Part shown: one piece after another, positions 12,074-24,427 of the stretch | Position numbering within the stretch: the first letter of the stretch is position 1 | How the letters are laid out: every line of letters starts with the position of its first letter | Program-made: the position numbers and the translations under genes | The notes under the pieces: generated by a model | Database searches by the model: none | The model's input: only the letters and a program-made list of their open reading frames with translations | Told to the model about the DNA's origin: nothing | Assembly: GCA_013265495.1 (NCBI GenBank) | Contig: MU057724.1 | Location: 1,875,102 to 1,939,101 of the forward strand | DNA length: 64,000 nucleotides | Source: Vicugna vicugna | Taxonomy: Eukaryota | Direction: 5' to 3'

Positions 12074-12639
12074 TTGGATGCTGTGGACTTTGACCTGAAT
12101 GTCGACACTATCCTACTGGCTGATCTCTGGCCAGGAATGAGCGTCATGATTGCCCCCTGGCATCATAAATTCTGGAAAAGAGGTTTATTTTTTTGTTTGT
12201 TCTTAATAGAAGATATGGATTATGTAGTTTCCATTTGCTGGCAATATTTACAGTCAATAGTGTAAAAAAGAACTCTTCCATAAAAAATAAATAAAAATAC
12301 AGAATATTTTTAAACATAAGTAAAATGATTAAAGAAATAAACAACATACATATGTGGGCAAGACGGGTGATTCTGGGGACATCAGCTTGTCCCTGGTCCC
12401 AGGAGCTTTGGTTTCAGCTGGCTCTGCAGGGAATGGACACAGAGCCTCTGACTGCGCAGGCTGGGAGGGGAGCTGGAGAGACCCCACTCCGGGTGAAAAC
12501 GGAAAACCACCACGAACCTGGACGCCCGCGGCGAGCACTCCCACCTCCAGCCACAGGGACGCCTTGCAGCGGGACCTAGTCCCTCTGGTGGGCTTGGCAC
12601 CCAAGTCCCCAGCACCCCAAGTCCAAGTTAAGACCTGAG

Positions 12640-15430
12640 TTTAGAGTGGTCTGGGTTGCCTCCTGGTGGAAGCAAACACAAATGTTCCTAAAGGAGCAAA
12701 CCCTCAGTCAGTCCTCCCAGATTCCCCGCAGGTAAGGCTCAGGTAAACGCACGGTTTGTCAAAAGATAGTAACAGAGCAGAAGTGTGACTAATGTAAACA
12801 AGTAATAAAGCAAGTGGTTGAGAGACAGTAAACGGAAGAAGAGGACAGCAGTGGCATAAAACTGCAAACTGTGGAATAACGACTGCAGAATATAAAACCC
12901 GCTTAGCACGGGCAAAGCAGCCGATGACCGCCCCGACCTATGGCTAACGAGCAAGAAACTACTACCAGGCAGATCCGATAAAGAACATATAATGCGTAGG
13001 AATGAAAAACATGGCAAATAAAGTAAGAACTGTGGTAGGCGGACCAAACAGCAGACTCGACCCGTTTGAAGGACCGGGAGACAGACCTGAAGAAATCGCT
13101 CACACCGCGTGCGGCACAAGGAGAAAAAGAAATTCAAACACGTAAACAGTTAAAAGATGCGGAGGCTAGAATGAGGAGGGGAAGGCCTGGCAGGCAGGTG
13201 GGGGCGACCTCAGAAAGCGAAGCGGGAAGCATCGGGGAGGGCAGGTGCTGTCCAAGGAGACGTGGGGTGGACGGGCCCTCGCTCTTCTGAGTCACGGCGA
13301 ATTCCAGTCAGAATACATAAAACAAAATCTCCATCTGCACGTGTGACGGTGAACGTACCGACCACTGGGTAAACAAGGAGGTTTGAAAACCAATCGCAGA
13401 TTACGTGACACACCCCAGGCCGAGCGGCCAGGAGCCTGGTCCACAGCGGGAAGGGAAGCCAGGAGCCCGCGGGCTAACGCCTCCAGGGGCCGAGAGACTA
13501 GGGGGAGGAAACGCCGAGCTGGTCATACAGAGCGAGCGGTTCTGCCTCAGAAATCGAAGGGAGAGAAAACCGCTTTCAGACAAATACGAAAAGAAAGACT
13601 TTATTACAAGCAGGCCTGTCCATAAGGGGTCTTCTAAAGAACGTACTTCAGGAAGAAAGAAGCCGTCCAAAATGAACGTCTGACTGCAAAGCATTAGCAA
13701 GGAAAGAGTTAATATACGAGCAAACAGACTCCGTAGTGCAACAGTAATAACGCCTGGTTTGGGGAAGAATTAGGAAGCTACAGGCTTGAAGTTTGGGGCG
13801 GGGGGGGGGGTTGATTTAAAGGAGCCTGTGGCCGTGTGGTCTGAGAGGAAGGTGAAGGTACTGGCTAATTCTAAACTTACTAAGTAAAACATATTTATGC
13901 AAGTTTTTAGGGTGACCAATAAAAACTGAAGCATTGATTAAAGAAAAAAATGTATCAGTCCGAAATAAGGCAAGAAAGGATAAAAGAAACTAAGAAAAAG
14001 CACATAATTTGCCATTAGATAAAAAATGTCAGGTTATCAGGAACTTATAACAATTCTAGTCTTGTAAGCATCTAATAACATAGCCTCAAAATACATAAAG
14101 CAAAAATTTGAAGAACAGCAATAAAAATCAGCAAATCTCTGGCCACGGAGTCGTCACCGCGTCTCCTCGGCACCGACAGCGCAGTCAGGGCTCAGCGAGG
14201 CCGCCGCCGACTGAACAGCACACAAGCTTGAGCCCACAGATGTCTATAGGACCCATCTTTTAAAAAGCATACATAAGTTACTATGAAAATGATCATATAC
14301 TAGAAAGTGAATTTTAAAGAATTAACGTCATGAGACCATGTTCTTTAAGCATAAGGTAATCAAGTTAGAAATCAGTAACAAAGAGTAACTTAAAAGCAAA
14401 TATGAGAAAATTAAAATTTATAATGCTTCTAAATACCTCATGGGGCACACAGCAATGAGACAACATTTCTACAGAAAGGTAACAAAAGTACGAGGTATTA
14501 AAACCTGCAGGGTATGGAAAATGTTATCTATTGAGGCTTAAAAGTCTGTATACTTTGCATAAAAAGAAGACAATCTGAAAAGTAATGCATAAGCAGCCAA
14601 TTTAAGAAGTTAGAAAAATAAATAAAAGAATAATCATAAAGAAACAGTAAGAAAGGAAGTAATAAATAACGGGTATTAATGCAATGAAAATAAGGATAAA
14701 ATTGAGGGGCTCAACAGAGTCAAAGCTGTTTTAAAAGACTGATCTAAGAAGGGAAAAATCAGGTGAGAATGATCAAGACAAGGAAAACAGTGGGAATAAA
14801 AAATATGAGAAATGAGGAAAGGGAAGTGCTCACAGAAGCACTAGGTGCGTAAATAATACGAACAACTTTATGCTGGAACATCTGAAGGCAGGTTAAACAA
14901 ACAGATTCCTCGGAGAGCATGAGTGCTTAGCCTGACTCAGAATTATCTAGACGTCTAATGGTCTCACAGCATTAACTTAATTGAGGTGGTACATAAAATT
15001 CTCCCCTGAAAAACAAACAAACAGTTCCAGAAGGTTTAGCAAATGAATTTCACCATTAACAGACAGATGATTCCGATCACAGGCAAACCCATGCAGAGAA
15101 CAGAAAAGGAGGGCACCCTCTCCGACTCGTCTTTTGAGGTTAAGAACAATCATGATATTAAAACCAGGGGAAGAAAAAAAAGAAAAAACAGTGGGAGGAA
15201 GAAAATTCCAGGATAATCTTACTTAGACACCAAACCCTAAGCCAAATATTAGCAAACTCATCCCTGAGTCTACCAAAAAGGTAACCGGCCATGACAAAGC
15301 TGGGCGAATGAATGTCAGTGATACAAGGTGGATCCAGCAGTAAACATTCTAATCACAGCACTTAAAACAGGAAAGCAAAATGCGTGCCAGTGACTGAATT
15401 AGCACTGTGGGCGCTTGGGGTTCAACCTCA
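12640..15430 (+). mobile_element. Ancient L1 (L1M-type): ORF1 region and 5' part of ORF2, heavily decayed
   Basis: A-rich sense strand with ORF2 endonuclease-region hallmarks: tctaataacatagcctcaaaatacataaagcaaaaa (~14070-14105), aatcaagttagaaatcagtaacaa (~14360), aacaactttatgc (~14860), caaaatattagcaaac-like segment (~15243). Confidence 0.78.
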
Positions 15431-15960
15431 CTGGGGCCTCTGAGGAATCCTCTCCAGGTCAGCCCCGCTAGAGGAGGCTGGGGCACCGCCTCCCCCATCA
15501 GGTGGGGGTCCCCCCGGCACTTCCGGGCTGCCTCGGGCAGGTGGGTCACAGTCCCCTGGCCACGGGACAGCGCTCGGGCAGAGCAGCTCCAGCACGTGGG
15601 GTACAGATCCCTCTGCTTGTACCAGAACCGTTCTCAAAGCCACAGGTGCCCTGGGGTGGCTGGGGGTGAGGTGGGGCTCTCACGGCATCTGCACTCGGAG
15701 TCCTACGACTCAGGTACCACGACACGTGGAGCAGGCTGGACGAACAGGCTCAGCGATCGGGGAGCCAGAGATGGGAGGACTGTCAGGACCGCAACCGTGT
15801 GCAAAGCCAGAAGGCTGAGCGTGAGATGACGTGGGGTCTGGACCACGCAACAGTTCGCAGGTCAGGGGACCGACAAAGGATGAGCAAAGGAGACTGAGGA
15901 GGAGCCAATGAGACAGGAAGAAAACCAGGAGGTGACTATGAACCAAAAGCCTACTTTAAA

Positions 15961-16293
15961 AAAGAAAGAGGAAAGGAAGGAAGGGAGGAAGGAAGGGAGG
16001 GAGGAAGGGAAGGAGGAAGGAAAGAAGGAAGGGAGGGAGGAAGGGAGGGAGGGAGGAAGGAAAGAAGGAAGGGAGGGAGGAAGGAAGGGAGGAAGGAAAG
16101 AAGGAAGGGAGGGAGGAAGGAAGGGAGGAAGGAAAAGAAGGAAGGGGGGGGGGAAGGAAGGGAGGAAGGAAAGAAGGAAGGGAGGGAGGAAGGAAGGGAG
16201 GAAGGATGGGAGGGAGGGAGGAAAGAAGGAAGGGAGGGAGGGAAGGGAGGAAGGAAGGGGGAAGGGAGGGAGGAAGGGAGGAAAGAAGGAAAG
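15961..16293 (+). repeat. Long imperfect (GGAA/GGGA)n purine tract, ~330 bp
   Basis: Almost purely A/G on the + strand. Source of the low-complexity ORFs at 15862-16386. Confidence 0.98.
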
Positions 16294-18824
16294 AATTCTC
16301 TTCCTTTTCTGGAACAAGCATTTCCAGAAGACAGTGATAATGGATAATGAGTCAAGGAAGGAGAGATTAACTATATAAAATACCATTGGTAACTCAAGTT
16401 AGGGGATTTTTAGATGCAGATAAATACCTCCAATAAACTCTTGATAGAATTTTTCCAGAAGAGGGAGAGAGAAGGGGAGACATGGCAGAGGATGAAGTGG
16501 ATGGGAGCCGAGGGCCCAGGGGCTGTGCAGTCAACTGTGTGGACAGATAACTAGCTGCAGAGTCAGCTGTGTGCACAGATAACTGTGGGACAGATAACTA
16601 GGTCGCCCCCACCCTAACCCTTGGTTTTGCATCAATCAGCAGTCGGTAACCCCAGGGGGACTAAAGTTAAGTTTTCCTGTTTACTCAGCATAATGGATGC
16701 TCTAAACCGGAGACTATGCGGCATCTTATAAACAGTCACCCTCTCTGAGCTCGTGGGCAGATTCCCACCTCTAACAAGTTAATTCACACTAATTTTACCA
16801 GCATCAACTCAGTCCGTCTGGGCTCCAAAGGAGACACCAGAGCGCAGGGAAGACACTCGGGCCCACGGCACGGCATCAGGCCGCAGCAGTGTCACCGGGG
16901 GACGGAGCAGGCTGGGGGCCGTGCTCCAAGCTGTGACCTGCCGGCGTCGGGAGCGGCCAAGTTTTCCCGGGCAGGACCGCGGTCTCAGTCTGTGATATAA
17001 ACACTTGAAAACCTTTCTTCTCCCAGCTAATCTGAGGCAAGTGCACCGCGAACACCAAGAAAGCCGAGGTCAGTGGCCACGCGTCCGCTCAGCCCTGCGC
17101 CTGGGTCAGGATGCCGGGCAGGTCCAGCCCCCGGGGGGCGGCCACTCCTTCCTTCCTTCCTCTCAGCCTGGGTAGCAGCAGGGGCCCCTCACTTCTACCT
17201 GCGTGTGTCAGGGAGGAACAGTGCATCCTCACCCAGAAGCAGAGACTCTGAAAGTAAGACTGAAGGAAGAGGAGAGGAAGGAAGGGAACAAGATGAGAGA
17301 ATGTGAAGAGACGATGCCTTTAGAAGAAATACAGGGTATCACTCAGCATCGTCTGTTAAGAGCATTAATAGTGCCAGAAATTTGAGCGGGATAAAGATGG
17401 TGGTCATGAACTCTCAGAATAGCAAAGAGGCCCACAGAAATTGACCAGAGCAGATTCCGAGGCGGAAGTGGGGTGGGCTTCCTACAGGACACGCCCAGGA
17501 GATCAGGGGCGAGGCCGGAGCAGTGGGTGCCAGGGCGGGTGGCATCGTGGCCTTCGGGGCCTTGCAGAGCGAGCCCGCGGCGGGGTGTCCTGGGACCCTT
17601 CCCTCTTCCCCTAAACGATCACCAGAGCAGCTGGCGGGGACCTGCCTGCCGGCACCTGTGTTACAACGGACACTGAGCTGCAGCGGACAGTCTCCCTCCG
17701 AATCAGAGGAGTCCAGCCCTTGCTGGTCGGAAAACGTCTTGGAAGCTACCCCTCCACAGATGACAAAGCCAAGGCTCAATTCGGGGATTCAAAAAAAACC
17801 TTACGTTTAAGCCCGGGCCTTTCCCTTGTACGTCAGGCGTGACAGTGTGACCAGGATTGACTTCAGGCAGCGGGAGCCCTCAAACCCAGCGCTCACTCGG
17901 CACCAGGAGGGCGCACGACCCACAGGCCGCACTCCAGTTGCCCACGTCAGGCGGCGGCGTCTACTTCTTCCTCGGTGAGTAACAGACCAGCGGGCTGGGG
18001 GCTCCCAAGGAGGAGATTGCGGATTTCCCTCCTCCCTGAAGTCCACTCGGCACCGTCTGCCATCACGGACCTTGTCCGCCTTCCGCTTGCGCCCCTGCAG
18101 CGAGGTGAGTGGTGAGCGTTCCCGGGGCAGCCAGCCTGCCCTGGCGCTCCTGGACATCTTGCCTTCTGGCCCTTGTGAGAGATGGGTGTGGTTACCGCCT
18201 TTCTCACAGACGGGGAGATGGGGCCCCAGAGGGTGGCATCAGTGAATGGTGCAGCCAGGATGTGCACACAGGGCACGTCCCTGCTGGGGGTGCCCCCGGC
18301 ATGGCTCTGGCTGCCGAGTCCTCCCGACCAGAACTACCTGTTTCCCTGAATTCTGAGCCCACCCTGCCTTTCGCTGGCCCAGCACCAACCACAGATCTAC
18401 CCCCTTTTCGTGTAATGAAAGGCTCCCCCCGAGTGGCCCCGTCTCCAGCGTGAGCACGCCAGGCTCCTCGCATTTCCAAGGTGGGAGACCTCTCAGTGTC
18501 CTGACGGCTGCTTGGTGCACATGGAGGGTTCCCTCGGTGAATGAAAACCACTGCCACTTCTTCTCAACCGTCCCATTTGTGCTCCCTGCCGCCTTGTTCC
18601 CATCCCAGGGCTTTGTGCTGACCAGTCCCTCCAGGGCACACTGCGCTGTGGTCGGATACTGGTACCTGCCCACCACCGGCACGGACAGCACGTCGGCAGT
18701 GAAGCCTTCAGAGCATCAGTGCAGAATCGCTCCCTCACCTTCTCTCTCCATCAGAGCCTCCTGCTGGTTTCACCGCAGCGTCAGTCACCGCCGGGTGAGG
18801 AGGCCTCCTTAGCCTCCCTTCCCA

Positions 18825-18934
18825 CCACAGTGTAGGTAAGCTTCAGGAGAACAAAGTTCCCGCCAGCCCTGCCCACTGCCCTGTCCCAGTGCTGAGCACC
18901 CAGCAGGTGACACCAAATAGCTGCTGAATAAATG
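18825..18934 (+). mobile_element. LINE-2 3' end relic
   Basis: gtaagcttcaggag...cccagtgctgagcac...aaatagctgctgaataaatg resembles the L2 terminus. Confidence 0.55.
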
Positions 18935-21918
18935 CAGCTTCCCGGCGGGTGCCTTCTCCCCCAGGAGTCAGGTCACACGCGCCGGCTCATGGCTCTGTGC
19001 CCAAGGCGCCTGGCGAGACCCGGGGCCCCTTACGAGCCCCCGGAGTTTGCTGGGCTCCTGATAACTGTTCTCCGTGATCACGCTGTTGTCGTTTGCTTTG
19101 GAAAAGCAGGCCCTGTCTCCTACCACCTTTAGCTTAACCATTTCCCAAGAAAGTTTTAGACGGTTGGAAAGTGTTAAGTTGAAAACTGAAGTGATCTTGA
19201 GTGCTTCTCTTTCCCAGTGTCACTGTCACAATACGAGAGAGGAATACTTTACATCAGTTACGCTCCCAGATGAACCCATCCACATTAAAGACCCTCAACT
19301 GCTCCTTTCTACACCCGAGTGTTTTCACAGAGTGGTTTACAAACAGCCCTCGTTGCATCGCATCTCCTTTGTATGTCTCAGTTCAGTGTCGTTAGAAGGC
19401 ATTATCTCCATTCTTGCACACGTTACTCATACAATGGCTGAATGTGCACAGAAACGTGACTATTATTTACTGAAAATCATGAAATAGGTGTTATTAACTT
19501 CTGTCGGGGAAAAATTTTCCTGGCAAAATTTAGAAATACGCTCACTGGTACCGCTTTCAGCATGCCATGCATTAGTGCTGAAAAAAATTCATTTCTGCAC
19601 AGTGATGAAGAAAGACCTATGTACGTGCCTTCAGCAAGCAGCGTCACCTCACGTGCAGGCAGAAATGCACCCAGGTGAGAGGTGCCGGTGTCTGGGAGCC
19701 AGATGGCAGGACGCCACGTGACAGCACTCAGGCAGACAGAGCTGTGACACTGTGGGCACATGCCTGGTTCGGGGGAGAGCTGTTTGGTTAAATGTATTCC
19801 TTGTGCAGGAGGTACCTGCTCGGAGACGTGGCGGCACCAGACGACGGCCGCCTAATGCCCCGAACGGCGCCAGGCGTGCGCGCGTCTCTCAGGCAGAATC
19901 TTCTCGGTCTGGACGACGACACGGTATTGACATAAAATGGATCCGCGACGGCCCGCGTCCCGTGGGGACCAGCCTTAGCTCTGCGTCCCTGGACGCGCCG
20001 CTGGGAACACTGAGGAAGGCACTGCACTCCAGCGTGTGTCTGCTGAGTTTCATTGCTTTTACTTTTATTCAGATTTACAATTGAGTGTTTTTAAACCACG
20101 GGGCTCGTCTACAAAACCTCGTTCCACCAGCCAGTTAAACACGAAGCCGTGGTTCTGTAATTCCGAGACGCTAATGCTTAGAAATTAGCTTGTCAGTCAA
20201 CTCTGTCCCCTCCCTTCAAATAAAGGAGGCAAATCTCAGATATGGGATCTGCGTATAATGAAGTCATTCTGGCCTCTTTCCTGTGAACAAACAGGCACGC
20301 GGAACTCGTCAAATTAAATATCGTCCTAGGATGGCCTCAACCGCACGGCGAAGGCGGAAGACGGTGAGAAATGAAGTGTGTGCCCTCCGGACCGTGAACT
20401 CTCTGTGTGTAGACATTTGTACCTCCGCACGGATCCCCCAGAACGTGGTGTCGTTACACGTGTGAAGGAGGAGAGGCCCCAGGTCTGCAACATTACATGC
20501 GAAGCGTCTCAGTTCCTCGTCTCACTCCCACGATTCTTTAGCAGTACCAAAAAGGTCACTGGGGCAGTGAAGAGGTGACAGGTCGAGTCAGAAGGCGGGC
20601 TTAACTCGGTTCTGCCCACCCTGCTGCGGAGTACAGAGAGGCTCCCTGACCATGCTGCGTGGACCAGGGCTGGCCGTGTAGATGGTCTCAAGGGAAAGGA
20701 ACAAATCCAGGACGACGTGCCACACACACAGAGCGCACACCATTGTGACTGGCAGCTTCCAGAGCACAGACACTGGCACCCCTGCCCGGTGGTGATGCAC
20801 CTTCCCCTGCTCCACACTCAAAGACAAAGTCAAAGACAGGGGCTTTGGGCCCCGGGTTTCCAGACGTTGGGTCAGTAGCCAAGGTGACATTAGCCACAGC
20901 ACTTTGGTTCTCGCTTTTTGCATTCAGAATATGGTTTTTGCTGAATTCTTTACATGGGAAAGATTTTTGCTTTCTTCTGTTTTTTTTTGTGACGTTGCTT
21001 CCTTTCTTTTGTCTATGAAGTGTGATGGAAGCAGCTGGAGCCTCGGGTTCTTCTCGATGAGCGGGGCTCACGCCTTCCTCATTGTTTACAAATAATCGAT
21101 TGTTTTTAAACCACAACGCACCACCCAGGTGTTAGGAGCCGTCAGCGTGGGCCTCGTCCTGGAACGGAATCTGAAGGTTTATCTCAAAGTGGGAAGAGAG
21201 TGTTTCCTGTAAGTTCAGATTCGAGCGACACTGAAAGATGACCTGGGGTTTGGACGGCGGCCCACAGGGGTGTGACTCTGAGAGTCCGGGTGGCCTGTTC
21301 AGGTGAACTTGGTGTGGTGTCAATAGCGGCTCCAGCCCTAGACGGCCTCCGAGTGCCTCCCTCCCACGGGGAGAGGCCCTTTTAGCGGTACAAGTGTGAT
21401 GACACTCTTTAAACAAATTTGCTCTAAAGAAGGCAGGACGTACACTGGCCCCGAAGGAAGCCAACCTGAGATCCTTCATCTGCTTCTGACCCTGAACCAG
21501 AAAGGGACTGAAAAATGGACTGGGTGAGCTCCCTGAAACAAATGATGCTTGAGTGGTTTCATGCATAATAACTGCCTTTGATGTAAATGGGGCCATCAGT
21601 CAGGAGCCCCCGGCAATGCCGTGACCCTGTCCACCGCAGCCAGCCCCGCCTGGGGACGCAGCCTGCCCAGGCTCTGGCAGGCAAGCTGCCCCCTACCCCG
21701 GACCCCGTCTTCAGAGAAGATTCCTGAAGGAGACTCGAGGACGCTGGTAGGTGAGGAGCCAGCGCGGGGCCCGTCTGAGCAACGTTACTGGGGCATCTGA
21801 AGCCTTCGCTGTTGCAGGCTTAGCCCTGCTCACCCAGAAGTGAACCAGGTGCCACCTGCATAAACCCATGAACAGGTGGGGCTTTTCAACGCCACCCTCA
21901 GAGACAAAACTAAAAGAA

Positions 21919-22190
21919 AATTGGGAGCTTGAGGTTTGCAGACACTCACTACTATCTATAAAATAGATAAACAACAAGTTTCTACTGCACAGCACAGGGA
22001 ACTATATTCAATACCTTGCAGTAACTTATGATGAAAAAGAATCTGAAAACAAACCTATGTGTGGATACGCAGGACTGAAACACGATGCTGTACACCGGAA
22101 AGTGACACGCACTGTGAGCTGACTAGACTTCAATAAAACAAAAAAAATTTTTTTTAAAGATAAAGATTTAGAGCTAGAAAGAAAAAAAAG
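21919..22190 (+). mobile_element. Young L1 3' UTR fragment with bipartite tail
   Basis: Homologous to 3262-3552. TSD actaaaagaa (21909-21918 / 22191-22200). Confidence 0.92.
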
Positions 22191-23550
22191 ACTAAAAGAA
22201 GGTTGCGTCGGCCCCAGTCCCGTCACTGGGTCAGCACGTCCCCATTCCCCATCCTCTCACCTTGTACCCAGCACGTGACTCTCCACAGGGCTGAGCCCCC
22301 ACAGTTAGGATCAGTCTTTGGGCTCGATGCCCCCGTGCAGACAGAAGGGCACGTGCGGCCCGGGGTCACCACCCAGAGCCCCCGTATTAGCAAGTTGCTG
22401 TATGCTGTTCCACTTTATTCCTTTAAAAACAAACACAAGCTTACGCACTTGCGGCTGGTATGATGAACTTGGAATGCAAATAAAAGAAGACGGATAGGAG
22501 TCACTTTCGGACAAGATTTACCTCCAAGGAGCCCGCGAATGGCAATTCATTTCCGCACCCCGCGCCTGACAGCCCACCGACATTAAAGTCAAAGGCATGT
22601 CCTGATCGTCACGCGTGTAACCACTTTTTTCTTGCTTTCACATTTGTATGCTAATCACAAGAGGCAAAAACAGACTTAGATTGGAAATCAAAGATGGGTT
22701 GTACACAGGTAATAAAGTGCTTGAGCGCTTTATTTGAAGATAGAAGGCTCTCCGACCAGCCTGTATTATTGAACTAAGACTATCTGTCCTTTTTGACACT
22801 TTTTAAATTAAGTTCTTCCTCTAATTTATGTTTTTGTCAGCTTTCTTCCCTTACCTGGTTTTAAACTGGCTTCCCCCCCCTCTGAGTAATAAACTACTCC
22901 AGCGCCAAGAAAAAAAAAATTTTAATGACCCTAGAAATTCAGATTAACAAAATGGATCATTTGTATACAGCCCCAGAATTATGAATCCTTCTGAAATATC
23001 GGCGAGGAAATTTTCTCTGATGCGAAATTTCATTTACTCCCTCTCTGACATCTCTCTGACTCCCCCGTTTTTCACGTGGAATGGTTGCTGGAAGGTCGAA
23101 CGCAGAAAGTTAGAGGGGTTGGGGGGCTATTTGGGACTCAAGCGAAAAAGCCTTTTCTCTTCTTTTGAATTAAGGGAGACAAGCTCCAGCCACGTGTTAA
23201 CCCAGCAAATGGGAAATAGTTTGTAGCGGAGGGGCTTGCACCCCGTCCTGCCTGCCTCCTCCCTGGACACGCACCTGCCTGACTGCGTGGGGTTCGGGGG
23301 AGCGTGGGCCAAGCACGAGAGGGGAGCGGCTGCTCCGGGATGAGCGGTGGGGCCGGATGATCTCCTCTGACGTCTCGCTGGGAAAATCGGGGGCATCATT
23401 TCTCCAGACGACACAGCCCCTGCCTGGAAGATGCGCGCTGGACTTCACAGGTAACCTCTCCCGCTGCCGGGCGCCGTTTTTGCTGTAACAGAGTCTGTAC
23501 GTATAGCGGGAAAACCAGCACAATGCGAGGGAAAAGTGGACATTTTTTCC

Positions 23551-23716
23551 TTTTTTTAAATTGAAGTCGGGTCAGTTTACAATGCTGTGCCAGTTTCCGG
23601 TGCACAGCATCACGTTTCAGTCACACACGTACCTACAGATACTCCTTTTCAGACTCTTTTTCATTAGAGGCCACTACAAGACGTTGAGTGTGGCTTCCTG
23701 TGCTGTGCAGGAGAAA
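23551..23716 (-). mobile_element. Young L1 3' end fragment
   Basis: Poly(T) then ttgaagtcgggtcagtttacaatgctgtgccagtttccggtg, the reverse complement of the sibling 3' ends. Confidence 0.9.
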
Positions 23717-24124
23717 CATCGTAAAAGTAGGAATTTTAACTGCTTAGGTCTGATAAAGAATCCCTAATCAAAAATGATTTTTAAAAATGACGATGACTTG
23801 CTTGTAACGTATCCCCCCCCACCCCTTCCGCCAACAACCAGAGCTACTCGATGTCTCAACAGAATCTTCCGTGGAAGTCTAGTCCGTTTCCACAAACGGC
23901 CCGCTCTGCTTTTCCCACACTCTGAGAACTGCTCCTTCTGCTAGGACTGTGCTTGCTCCTTCTCTGAGCCTCCCTGGACGCTACCATCCCTCCAAGGGGA
24001 GCCTTAGGGCCTCTGAGGAACATCAGGTACCACCGCCTCTCCCCACCTAACACCCCAGTCATCGGAGGGGCAAGCAGCCCATTGAGCACAAACCATGCAG
24101 GTCACAGCAGCCAGCCCTCTGCTG

Positions 24125-24260
24125 GGCTCGAATTCAGACTCTGTGCCTCAGCCTCCCCACCTCTACAATGGGGCAGTAATCATTCCTGCCTCACCAAGTT
24201 GTCCTGCACATTAGAATAAAGCCTGGCATGCAGAAGGCACTGCTATAGTATGCGTTAAGC
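24125..24260 (+). mobile_element. MIR relic
   Basis: Core ctctgtgcctcagcctccccacctctacaatggggcagtaat. Confidence 0.7.
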
Positions 24261-24304
24261 AAACTAGATTCAATTCCTGTGATCCGTTTTGAAAGAATTA
24301 AATC

Positions 24305-24427
24305 GGGGGGAGGGCACAGCTCAGCGGTAGAGCTGGTGCTTAGTATACGTGATGTCCTGGGTTCAATCCCCCGTACCTCCGGTAAAATAAATGAATAAAC
24401 CTAATTACCTGACCCCCCCCAAATTTA
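24305..24427 (+). mobile_element. vic-1-like SINE, full long form with TSD
   Basis: ggggagggcacagctcagcggtagag...gtcctgggttcaatcccc, then aataaatgaataaacctaattacct tail. TSD aaagaattaaatc (24292-24304) / aaagaactaaatc (24428-24440). Confidence 0.95.

Noticed and set aside
11607..12147. ORFs over the nested insert as a chimeric protein
   Set aside because: The frames cross SINE and UTR-like sequence and resemble no protein I know.
15862..16386. Low-complexity ORFs (EGRK-rich or PSFL-rich), also at 6542-6965
   Set aside because: They are translations of purine microsatellites.
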